From Octopus bimaculoides (Eukaryota): DNA of 64,000 nucleotides. A program made the translations under genes and the position numbers. The notes under the pieces were generated by a model. That model did not search any database and had not been told where the DNA came from. It was given only the letters and a program-made list of their open reading frames with translations. The stretch covers positions 22,894,979 to 22,958,978 of the forward strand of contig NC_068998.1 in NCBI RefSeq assembly GCF_001194135.2, in the 5' to 3' direction. Below, piece after piece: positions 1-11,599 of this stretch (positions are counted from its first letter, which is position 1; the number at the start of each line of letters is the position of its first letter).

Positions 1-250
1 ACATTGACTGAAAAAACAACAAAACTCATTGAAAGATCAAAGATGAACTGAAAGCAAGAATTATAGCAGCATTCACTAACTTAAACAAGGTGACCGTCCA
101 GAGCTGCATGAGATTCCGAAGTCATCTCCAGATTTTATTGAATATATTTACTCTTAAGTGTTTCAAGATATTTTAATGTAATTTTGGCAAATATATCAGA
201 GAAAATGACATGAGTGTTATTCTAATGTTTGCCTAATTTATACGAGTTTA
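1..250 (+). mobile_element. 3' end of a decayed Tc1/mariner-superfamily (maT-like) element
   Basis: The first ~130 nt translate to SKDELKARIIAAFTNLNKVTVQSCMRFRSHL...DFIE, matching the transposase C-terminus pattern 'ELKARI...F..L....V...C.RFR.RLEAVV.A.G.FIE*'. An AT-rich 3' subterminal region follows. Frameshifted and cut by the window edge. Confidence 0.65.
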
Positions 251-274
251 TGAAATACACCCAGTATATTTTAA

Positions 275-355
275 CACACACACAAACACATACACACACA
301 CACACACACGCACACAGACACACACACACACACGCACATCCACACACTCACACAT
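275..355. repeat. (AC)n microsatellite, imperfect
   Basis: acacacacaaacacatacacacacac... read directly. Confidence 0.95.
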
Positions 356-3300
356 GTTTATTTGTAAGTTTTTGTATAGATAATCACACAGCTATATTTG
401 CGCAGGTATAAGAAATTAATTCCTTTATTTTCGTTCATCAATAACAATACCAGGAACAGATATTGTAATCAACAGAATATACAACGTTATTAAACTAATG
501 AATTGAGACGTTTTTACTAATATGTGTGTAGTAGACTCTGTAGTAGTGTTGGAAATATTTGGGCAACCATCTTATTTATAGAAGAAGCATAAACAGGAAC
601 GTTACGAGATGTTATCTCGTAGTTTAAGGTGAATACCTTGTCGTCAATTAAAATAGCTTTTCTGAGTGAATCGCATACATAATATCTTTAATTTTAAAAA
701 AAATGGTGTTTCCTATCCACATTTCTATACGAATATATTTCAAAACTAGAATTTTTAGGAATTCCCTAGACAGCGAAGGCTTCAATAACTGTTTTCTTTC
801 AGCAAAAGCTGCTATATATTCTAATATACGTACCGACGAATATATATAAATATACATTCGAACGTTCGGATATACATACATACATACACATATACATATT
901 AGCCATTTATTTCTTGCGCGAGTTCCCGATCAACTTCTCTGCAAAACGTAGCATAGTGAGACGCAAACGGATGCAGTCAACGACCAGTATAAATTGTAAA
1001 ATTGTATTCGGCAAGGCAGCAGTAATCAATTCTTGTAGACTTTTCAAAATGCAATACTAGGTCTTTCCACATTCCACTCATGTACGTTTGGTATACTCCT
1101 ATCCGCACATAAGTAGTTACATTAACAACCGCATCAAGAAACTATTATTATTAATCAAATACAATACCTACCAAGGTGTTAATTGAGTAAGACGTATAGT
1201 AGCTACCAATTTGAAAATACACATTTGCCTTGGAATATGTTAATCTGAATAACGGATAACTTTTATGGATCTTGTACATAATTTTCTGACAAAATGCACC
1301 TGCAATTTACTATAACCAAGACATAATTTGGCAGGTAAGATCACGGAATTCAATTATGTTTAAAATTAATGAATACCCTTGGGTCTCTCGAATATTCATC
1401 AGCCAGCATATACTTAGTTTTTATGTATAATAATTTATACAACAGGATATAGAAGTGAATTATTAATGACACAGAAAAATATATCAATTTTCTGAAATAC
1501 GCTCTGTATCACTCAGCATCAGAGTATAGTTTCGTTGAATATTATTTGGACATTAGTCACGCCGCTGAATTTGCATCTTCCTGGATTAGATTTATTCAAA
1601 CCACTGCTACTTATGATCCGAAATCTTTCTCAATGATATTACTATAGAGTATAGTGCAACGAATTTCAATTTCAAAAATTAATTATTGACATAGAGTGAA
1701 ATATGGCCTTTTCTCAACAAATGTTATTCCACCGAAGGGTTTTACCCTGAGAAAGCAAGAGGGAGAATGACCTAACCGGAGGGAGAGATTGGAAGAAAGT
1801 TTGAGAAACATTCGAGAATCCGGTTGAATTAAAAGGCATTTCATGGAGAATCTGTTAAAATAATTGTAATTTATTTGAAAGTTATTTTCCTCCTCAAATT
1901 TTACTGTACAAATTAAAAATATTTTCCCTCATTAAAGATGTGTATGAAATGTTCCTATTGTCTACATATGTTATTTTGTACCTAAATTCATGGGATACGT
2001 CTCTCACACTTATGATGAAAGTGCAATCCTACTTTAGGAAGTTCTTTTGAATCATGCTCTTCTCTGCAATACAGATTCTGTAGTAGCAATTTCTCAGTTG
2101 TCTGATTTGTTAACGATCTCCAAATTTATCTTGAATATTGTGTCTTTTAGTGTCGACTCTAATTGAGAGAATTGCGTTATTCGTTATTCGATATTTTGAA
2201 GGAAGAGTGGTGTTTATTAAATCAACAAATAAAGGGATCCGATGCAAAATAGAGCAGACGTGTACCAAAACTACCGCATTCACATCATTCAGAAACATTG
2301 AAAAAAATTACCAGAAGTGTGCTAGTTAGATTTTGAACTTACACTATACATCATATCGAATGGAATCAGAGAGAAGATAGAGGAAAAGGTTTACTATTTT
2401 AATGCAATTAAAATGTATTATATTATAGTTACGAGCTATTTTGCAACTAACATACTAGATAATTTTCAAAGACAAATGCCTATAATTCTTATGAATAATG
2501 AGATTAATTCTTATGTCATATAATTAATTAATTAACTAACAGTTGTTCATATATTAAATATCGGAATTTGATGATTAATTTCCAATTCCATACCCGAAAA
2601 CATGCCGAATCGCTAACAGCATGGTTTATTATTGACTGCCCCCCCACACACTTCATTGTGACTGCACTAGCATGTTGAATGTAAAGCATTAATAAATATG
2701 CTGTGCTTCCTTGATTTATCTCCTGATCTACGTTCATCGAATCTGAAGACTCAACCATGTTGTTTATGTGCAGTGTTATACAAAATACCCTGACTAAAAT
2801 ACGCAAGGTTTTGTTTCATGAGGTTTAGAATTTAAGCACACATACGCACACAGACATACACAAAAACACACATACATACACACAAATACACAAATGCATA
2901 CGCATATGTGTGTGGTTGGGTGACAGGCCGAAATGTGGGAATAGCATACAAACTTCTATGTACTCATATACTTCACTTACTAAAGTATTATGTGCTTCAC
3001 GACACCGTGTAATATATATACTACATGCAAACAAAGACCCACAAATCCATTATCCGACATGAGTTAAGACGGAAAATAATGTGGGCTCCAATTACTAATA
3101 TGTCCTGCACATGAGATAATTTCCTACTTGGAAGGTTGTCAGTAGATATGTTACCATTTTAATCTTATTGCTTATTCTCTACTTCCAGAACAATTTGTTG
3201 TAAATGTATATCAATAATGCTATATTTTAATGATAATAAAAATAGCTACGTCATCTTCTGGAGATTCAATAGTTACTACCTACAATAACCGCTGTATCAT

Positions 3301-3598
3301 ATCTTTGGAAAGTCTAATGTTATACATGATTTCATTGGGTTATTTATAACATTAAAACCAGATGGAAACTGGTCTTTATGGTTTCTAGTTGACACTTTAG
3401 AAGGAAATCTAGATAAGCTTCTTATGTTGCAACCGGCATTCTGCAAGTTACACTCGCACCCATCCAATTCTGTTTAAATATCTCTTGCATAATTAATGAA
3501 TATTATTTAATCACTTGCCGAAGGGCTGACTGTTATATAATGATCTGAAATGCTGGCTAAATACTGCATCTAAACTTAGTGTTGCTCCGCATAATGTA

Positions 3599-3810
3599 CA
3601 GGGTGTCTACAAGGTATGGGTACATGGAGTAAATAAAATCATGGCATAAACAATTAAATATAAGAAATAATAAGTTCTTAAAGTATGTGTTAATCCCCAT
3701 GTGGGTATATGGGGTAAATAAAATCATAACATAAACAATTAAATATAAGAAATAGTAATTTCTTACAGTATATGTTAATCCCCATCTACCCAGACATTGT
3801 GGACACCCTG
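3599..3810. mobile_element. Tc1/mariner-type MITE with TA target duplication and internal 85-bp tandem duplication
   Basis: TA|cagggtgtctacaaggtatgggta ... tacccagacattgtggacaccctg|TA are inverted termini flanked by TA. The internal unit starting at 3616 is repeated at 3701. Confidence 0.85.
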
Positions 3811-4499
3811 TATTTTAAAATTCGAAAGAAGAATCAACAAACAAAAAAATCAATGCGAAGCTATAATGAGACTCAATAAAACGCAAACAGAATTTGTGTC
3901 AACAAACGAACTATACAACTTTGGAAGTAGACTTCTTCAACAGGGTTTGAAATATGTTATCTAATAATAAAGATATCTCCTACTTTTCAGCCATAACATG
4001 TACGAAATGGGGCTTTCTGTCAGATATAATTGGTTTAGTGTTTTCTTACATTGAATATTATACTTTGCCTAAGGTTAAACTTTTTCTTATATGCATAGCA
4101 AACAGATAGAGATAATTTATTGGATGTGTAACCAAACATTAGATCTGATAAAATAACTCACCAAAGTACCATCGCAAAAAATACTAATTGTAAGGAATAT
4201 TTGATAAATGTTATTTTAAGTTTGAGAGTTTACCCACGATGGCTCCTATTTATATCTACCTAAGTGACTTGCACAGTATATTAAGGCTTTGCTGCACTTG
4301 CATCTGGCTTCAAGGCAATGGAATATAATTTTTCCTTTTTGTTATTGCCTGTACCTACATTGAATTTATGGGTCTGCAATCCTGATTTGTACATATATAT
4401 AAGTTAAATATTTCTGTTGCACGCAGTAAAAGATGCTTGTTCCTACTGAGGTAGCAAACACTGTGATATATGAATGATTTGACGCAGCAGTTCTATCCG

Positions 4500-4672
4500 T
4501 ACGAGCAGCAGCAGCAGTAGCAATCTCACAAACATCATCATCATCATCATCATCGTCATCATCGTCATCGTCGTCATCGTCGTAGTCGTCGTCGTCATTA
4601 TCATCATTATCTTTAGCAGCAGCAGCAGCAACAGCAGCAGCAACTGCAGTAGTACTAGTAGTAGTAGTAGTC
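4500..4672. repeat. Compound trinucleotide low-complexity tract (AGC/CAT/CGT/AGT)
   Basis: Read directly; it produces the homopolymeric pseudo-ORF 4443-4700. Confidence 0.9.
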
Positions 4673-5422
4673 TGTATCCCTCTTTAATTTTCAGACACAC
4701 CTCGGTTAACGGAAAGTAAGTTTAAAGGGCGAAGGGAAAATCAAAATCACTAATTGTAACGCCAAAAAATCAAACTAGTGGATCAATTGACAAGTTGTAC
4801 CATCAGTAAGTATTGCTATGTTATTATATATCTAGTCACGTTTACCACAAAAAAGCAAAGTCATTCGTCCTGGAAATGGAAATGATTTCGCACTTTGCGA
4901 CAAAGCCTTGAATATCGAGGAATATAAATTATATACCGAGGAAATCGATTGCCATTGCAACACGCATTTCCACAATTGAAGTACTGAATCTAAAACTTGA
5001 AGGACATTTTTCTTAATCAATTATTTCTCGATATATTCAACTGGTAACTAGGAAACTACAGAGAAAATTAGTCATAGCGTAAGTTCTCAGCAACATGCCT
5101 CATCATTCGTTTCAATTTGGCCTAAAAGTATTATTGACATGCATGTTTAATACACCTGGAACAGAATCACTTATATGCAATATTATTTTCTCAAATCATT
5201 GAATATGGACAAGACGACTATCTTTTTAAGTTCTTCATGGCGTTAGTGCTTCTGTTGATTAAAGAGGATAGCTGTATGGCAGTTCTCCTCTAAATTGCTA
5301 CCATTCTTGGTGTCTTCGATTGAATTACATAACTTCATCTATATTCTCTTCCATGCGTCCGATATTCTTTAAACTTACTTTCCGTCAACTGAAGTGTGTT
5401 TGAAAATTAAGGAGGCGTGCAG

Positions 5423-5423
<1 letters not shown>

Positions 5424-5470
<47 letters not shown>

Positions 5471-5662
5471 GCCGCTGCTGCTGATGATGATGATGAGGAG
5501 GAGGTGGAGGAGGATAGTGGTTTGACTGCTACTGCAGCTGATGCTGATACAACTGCTGCGTCAAAGCATTCATTTATCGCATAGTGTTTGGTATCTCACT
5601 TGTAATAGAAGTAGTAGAATGGGTTTGAGTTCCAATATTAGTAGCAGTAGCAGTAGCAGCAT

Positions 5663-5724
<62 letters not shown>
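5424..5724. repeat. (CTA)n, (GAT/GAG)n and (AGT)n trinucleotide tracts
   Basis: ctactacta... at 5424-5470 and agtagtagt... at ~5640-5724. Confidence 0.9.
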
Positions 5725-7196
5725 CAATGAAAACGGATTTTGACGAACACACCGAGAGATGGAATACGATTTTAGATTAACTGGAGATAACATATAATAA
5801 ACGTAGCTTCAAGTCTTTCCAATATGGCGATAGATTACTTTCCAATCCAATCCTGGAAGTTCAGCCGATATAATCTAAATTGCAGTTTGATGAAACAATC
5901 TTGTTAGGGAATAGTTTTAATTATAAATCGATTGAATCGTTGAATTTCATTGTTATCTAATATAGCTTAAAGTGATCCAACCATCCTGGTAATACGGTAG
6001 ATGAAGCAGTGTAAAGAAAATTTTGTTGGCAGCAGTGGAATTATTTTCATCTTTACTTACTTTATCAACGGTGATCTCGTTTGTAAAACAATCCAGCATC
6101 AGTTACTGAGATTAAGTCTTTCTGCATTTAGTTTTCTATTTTAAATTCTCAATGTATTTGAAAATATGCGTTTGATCAAACCCCTTATGTAATACAGATA
6201 ACATTAGCAAGTTCCTGTATCATGTCAATACGTTCTGCCCCTCTATTCATCTTCTTATATGTTTAGAAACTGCAAACTATGGGGTTGTTAATTACAAGAC
6301 TTTGATGTATGAAGGCAATCAGGTTTATCACATCCGAGATTGATTAACTTGAATTTCTATGAATTCTCTTGTGTATCATTCCATACTAGTTTTATTTGCT
6401 AGGCAACATCTCAGTCGTCAAATATGAGGTCATTATATAATACAGGGAAGCAACTGGGTGTACACGTGATTCTGATGATGATAACGTCATCTGTGATGAT
6501 GATACTAACGCTGATGTTGATGTCGGTGACGATCGTCATCGAGAACGCGGCGTTGTGGCTGCTCTTTCTGATGATGGTCGTGAGGGTCATTGAAGCGCGG
6601 GCATGATGCAGAGAATAATGTTGGTGATGTTGATAGTCTGTAATGAACATCTTCTCTGATATAATCAACTTTATCTCCATCGACATCATATCAGCACACC
6701 TGCCGCATTCATCATTATTATCTTCAGCATTTTCGTTTTCATTGTCGTCTTTATCATCATCTGCATTTCCTTAATATCCTCGACAGAATTTTTATAGAAG
6801 AAATGAGCAATGACAACAGTGTCAGGAATTTTATTAAATAATCTCCCATTACATCTATAGAATATTTTATTCAACTTAGTCTATCATTCTTCATTGATTC
6901 ACCACATGCAGAGAAGATGATCTTTTTCTTGAGAACACCAAAATAATACGCAAAAAAATAATAAACAGATATTGTTGTGTACAAGGAGAGAATGAACGTA
7001 ATATTAAACATTAAACTATTTTTATTTGCCTCATTAAGATAAGCAAAGAACAATGCATATTTCTTTCAAACAAATTCATAAAATATAGTGTCGAATATAT
7101 TGAACGGAAAGTGAATGATAAAGGCAGTTGAAACGCCGTTTTCATTTAGAATACTGTCGATTATTCTGAATAATCACCGTCATTGTAAGACATATA

Positions 7197-7520
7197 TATC
7201 GGGATCTAATCAATAAGTATACCTATCGGGGTCTAATCAATAAGTATCGGGACTGTTGCTATAGTAACGAAGCTAAAGCATGGTGAGTGAAGCCGCTTGG
7301 TACAGATAACCCATACATTCTGCTGTGCATGCACTCTAAGCTTTAACTTTCTTGCTCACTTCCGCTATTTACAGAAGTGCTTGGAAGGAACGTATGCAGC
7401 GTGTCATCGTCGCATTGGCTATGACAGAGGAAGTTGAGCAGAGAATCTGTATCAACGTTTTCAAAGCCAGATAATACCTACTCAGAGGCCTTCGCAGAGT
7501 TTTAAAAAAATTGTATGGTT
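7197..7520 (+). mobile_element. Mariner 5' end (TIR, leader, start of transposase), decayed
   Basis: TIR-like tatcggggtctaatcaataagtatcgggact at 7224-7254. ATG at 7421 gives MTEEVEQRICIN..., the mariner N-terminal 'EQR..IKF' motif, followed by a frameshifted ...SEAFA..KKLYG. Confidence 0.8.
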
Positions 7521-7855
7521 CTCGACACAGTCAAAGAGATCTTGTGCAACTGAAACTGGAGTGTCCTTTTGATCTGCTAAAAGTAGTTTTGGCACAAACT
7601 TGGCAGACACGCGTCTCATACCCACGTCTTCAGTGATAATGGATTGCACAGAACCGCAACTAATCTGTATATACTCTGATAACTCACAGATATTGATTCG
7701 ACGATATCCCCTCACAGCAGCACACACATCTGCGATGTTTCTTTCAGTTCTGCTGGTTGCTTATCTCCCAGAACGTTGGTCAATATTTACATTTTTTTCA
7801 GCCATCTTGGAAGGGTCTGAACTACTTGTACAAATATTTGCAGCGTGGAAGGTGT
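7520..7855 (-). mobile_element. Mariner transposase segment (HTH and linker), inverted relative to its own 5' end
   Basis: The minus strand reads FRPFQDG*KNVNIDQRSGR*ATSRTERNIADVCAAVRGYRRINICELSEYIQISCGSVQSIITEDVGMRRVSAKFVPKLL. This contains the mariner 'RSGRP' and 'WVPH/FVPK' motifs (ORF 7482-7727). Confidence 0.9.
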
Positions 7856-8496
7856 TCATAAGCCATTTCAGGTCATGTATTTATTTTTCAAACAGACTTT
7901 TTCCAGTCGATAATATGCTTGTACCGAACCGTTTTCGTTTCGTTTAGAAGAAAGAACGGGTCCTGTTTCTATTGCATTAATGATTGTGTTGCTGTTGACA
8001 CTATAGGTGGTGGAAATGCTTCAAGTGATAGTGTTCCTGCTAGTTTTCTTATTCTCTTTTTGTTCTTATTTTCTTCTGTTGTTCCTCTCATTGTGATGAC
8101 GATGTTAAAAGTTTCAGCAGCGGCGGAAAAAGAATTCCATAATTTCCTCCTACTGTATTTCTGCTGCTGTTGCCATTGCTGATGTTACTGTTGACGCTGA
8201 TGTCACTGATTTTTATTATTTGTTTTTTTTCCTTTCTGTAAAAAGCCAATTCTTGTTTTCATTGCGTGGGCAATCCTCGACCACCATATAACATTTTAAA
8301 CTAATCATTGAGGGACATGTTTGCTAAAACAAAACCCAACTTATCTCTTACGGGCTACAGAAAGAATAACCGACTCCCTAATGTCCCGGTTACTTTAACC
8401 ATAAAACGGTTACAAATTTTTTTATCATTATAAATTTGTATAACAGAAATAACAAAATTGCAGGTGCGATGTACAATGCGTGTCGATGGAGGAACA

Positions 8497-8497
8497 A

Positions 8498-8576
<79 letters not shown>

Positions 8577-8710
8577 TAGAAGAAGAAGAAGAAGAAGAAG
8601 AAGAAGAAGAAGAAGAAGAAGAAGAAGAAGAAGAAGAAGAAGAAGAAGAAGAAGAAGAAGAAGAAGAAGAAGAAGAAGAAGAAGAAGAAGAAGAAGAAGA
8701 AGAAGAAGAA
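8497..8710. repeat. Compound microsatellite (AAT)n followed by (AGA)n
   Basis: Pure AAT run to ~8577, then pure AGA run 8578-8710. Confidence 0.98.
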
Positions 8711-9784
8711 ATTGAGAGATATCAGATATGAATAGTGTAGTATAGGCAGGAATTATTATAGTAGGAAAAACGTTTTATTAGCAAAACTATAAAAAAAAAG
8801 TTGATGCGAAAAACTGATGAGCAATATGAAGCAAATACATGAATTAGAAATAGAAGAAATAATTACAGATGTATTTTATCAAACTACGTTTTCTATGGAA
8901 TCTCTTCCACTTCTCACAGATTGTTCTCAACTGATAATAACATTATGATGGATCAAAGAATATTTATAGCGTACTTTTCATTATTTCTTGTTATCTGAAT
9001 TTATTGCATAAAAGCTTGAAAAAGTAACGCGCTCTAATGCTAAACACACTTATTTATTTACTATTCATATATATTAATCACGTGTATATGTTAAATAAAT
9101 TATTATTCCTAGAGATTATCTACGGATACAGATACTGGTACGTGTCGTTTGGATCTTTATTTATGCAGTCTAATTGTTTAGTTCTTCATTCTCTGTTTCC
9201 ACCTTAAGTGACCATGAAGTCATTAATTTACGCATTTCGGTGGTGTGTCTGATAGATTACAGGAATGCTTATGAATGGTATTCCATAATATCTTAAAGCT
9301 AAACTGCCAAAATATGCTTATCTGGATTTTGAAAGAGCTTTCCTAAATACATCTATACACTTCACTTTTTATAGATTATATTTTACTCACAAGTTGCTTC
9401 ACTGTATTAAAATCAGCCTTTACTTAAACATATCATGCACTGACAGTTGCAGATAATGAGTAATATCCAAGACATGACTCACGAATTAGGAAATTGTATA
9501 CAGCCACTGACATACTCTTAAATAAATAACAATGGAATTAAATAAAAAGTTGTGGTCTTTACTTGCCCGTAAGTTACCAAAAGATATCGCTATTTTCTAA
9601 TACAAAAAAAATAAATAAATAAATGTCTGGGTCTGATGCGCAGTGTTCTGTTTATATTCGTAACACTCTATAAATGAAATTTATCTAGTGACGCCATATT
9701 GAAAGGAACAGTATATATTATTGGCTTCGAATTATTGCTAATGACTACCAAGACCCGGGGGATATTTAATTATATTGAAATCCA

Positions 9785-9929
9785 GTTCTTAACAAGTATC
9801 TATTTTATCGATCCTGAAAGGTTGACAAGCAATGTTGACCTTCACAGAATTTCAACTCAGAACGTATGGATGAACGGAATGCCGCGAAGCATTTTCCTCC
9901 GCGTGCTAACGATTCTGCCAGCTCGCTGC
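9785..9929 (-). mobile_element. tRNA-derived SINE with Nin/Deu-type central domain, diverged partial copy
   Basis: tattttatcgatcctgaaaggttgacaagcaatgttgacc...atttcaactcagaacg...cgtgctaacgattctgccagctcgc is colinear with the better copies at 45716-45948 (same strand) and 10818-11030 (opposite strand). Confidence 0.75.
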
Positions 9930-10544
9930 AATAAAATAAAAAGAGAATATATTAGTCATAGTATTTTAAGAGAAACAGAATTTCCTTTTTATCGGATTTG
10001 GACAACGATTGTTGCGATGATATATTTCATTCATTTAATTCATTGTTCTGATATTCCATCACGCATAATGTACCACTGGATGTAATGATAATGTTTTGCA
10101 CTAAGATCTGATTAAGGAGATAGACGGTCTTAGTCGTTTTGAATCTCTCAAAAAGCAGTGTATATTTAAACGATTATATAAAATAGTTCCTTGTTGTGGA
10201 AATTAATATGGCATTAAATTCAACGGAGCTATACCGGGGCAGGGCATTGCTGAAGCAGGTTAGGACATGAAATACAATTTTTAGAGTCTCACTAAGGACG
10301 AAGGAAATTTCTTGTCGGAACACAAACGTGAAACAGCTCTCATACACAGAGACTGACTCATTTTAAGTCACTCTGCTCAGGAATATAAGCTGATTGCACT
10401 ACAATTGCGATTTGCTTAACCGAAGCACGTAACTCTGAAATTCTATTGAAAATTCGGAACAAGCTATAAATTATAAATCTGTACCATTAGTAACTACACA
10501 AATAATATGATAGCATGGACAGCTATTTCTTATCTTCATACAAA

Positions 10545-10575
10545 CAGACACACACAAACACAAAACACGCGCGCG

Positions 10576-10647
<72 letters not shown>

Positions 10648-10658
10648 ATAATAATAAT
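10545..10658. repeat. (AC)n plus short (AAT)n microsatellite
   Basis: Read directly. Confidence 0.95.
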
Positions 10659-10660
10659 CC

Positions 10661-11599
10661 TTTCCAAAAATCACATGATTAATAAGATCACAATCGGTAA
10701 TCCTGTGATGATTACACTGTATCTATAGTGTCTGAGGGCATCTGGTTGATCCTCATCATTGATTCATTTCTGAAGAAGATGTAACATTAATGGGTGTACG
10801 ACAGAGGGATGTGAAATAAGGCGGTGAGCGGTCAGAATCTTTAGAACGCCGAACGAAATGCTTAGAGGTATTTCCCCCGTCGATACGTTCTGAGTTCAAA
10901 TTCCGCCGAGGTCGACTTTGCCTTTTCTCATTTCGGGGTCGATAAATTAAGTACCAGTGAAATATCGAGGTCAATGAAATCAACTAGTCCCCTCCCCTGA
11001 AATTTCAGGCCGTGTGTTTATAGTAGAAATGATAGAGGGATGTTTATCTCTTTTTTACCAGTATGAATGTTGAGTAATGTGGGTAGTTCTATGTGTATTT
11101 AAGGGTGGGGATGGAAGATGGTGGAAATAGAGGAAGGAATGGCAGTTATAAGTGGATGAAATTCTGTGTAGTGGTGTATTTATTTTGCTAATCATTCAGC
11201 AGATGTTATACCCATCCTTAACATCTGCTGTATGAACAGCAAAATTAACCCAGCAACAGCCCACACACACAACACCGTCTCCTTATAACCGCCATTCCTT
11301 CCTCTATTTTCATCATCTTCTCCTCCTCCCCACCGAAGACACGCACAAATAGCCACATTATTCGTTTAACCTTCATACTGTTGTTATAAAGAATAAACAT
11401 CTCTTTATCGTACATCCAGTAATGTTATACTGCCTGAAGAAATGGATCAATGATGATGATCAACCGGATGCCCACGGATACTACAGACTACACTGTGATC
11501 ATCCCAGGAATACGGAGTCATGTGATTCGTGATCACATGCCATAACAGTTGTGTGATTTATCATATCATGACTCTTAACAGTCATGTGATTTTTGGAAA
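10661..11599. repeat. Long imperfect inverted repeat (foldback), probably derived from a Penelope-like pLTR pair
   Basis: The outer 18 nt tttccaaaaatcacatga (10661) is the exact reverse complement of 11582-11599. The arms stay alignable inward to a 12-bp perfect stem (cagcagatgtta 11197-11208 / taacatctgctg 11219-11230) around a 10-nt loop. Confidence 0.9.
10818..11030 (+). mobile_element. tRNA-derived Nin/Deu-domain SINE, near full length, with target-site duplication
   Basis: A-box-like ggtcagaatctttag, B box gttcaaattcc, and core gtcgactttgcc...ttcggggtcgataaattaagtacc. Flanked by gacagagggatgt (10800-10812) and gatagagggatgt (11031-11043), 12/13 identical. Confidence 0.9.

Noticed and set aside
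4834-4980. Protein-looking frame SRLPQKSKVIRPGNGNDFALCDKALNIEEYKLYTEEIDCHCNTHFHN*
   Set aside because: Short, with a weak acceptor only ~30 nt from an upstream GTAAGT and no recognisable family; compatible with chance.
4443-8715. ORFs rich in poly-L, poly-S, poly-I, poly-R or D/M (e.g. 4443-4700, 5541-5780, 6424-6606, 8458-8715)
   Set aside because: They are translations of fresh or decayed trinucleotide microsatellites, with no domain signal or splice context.
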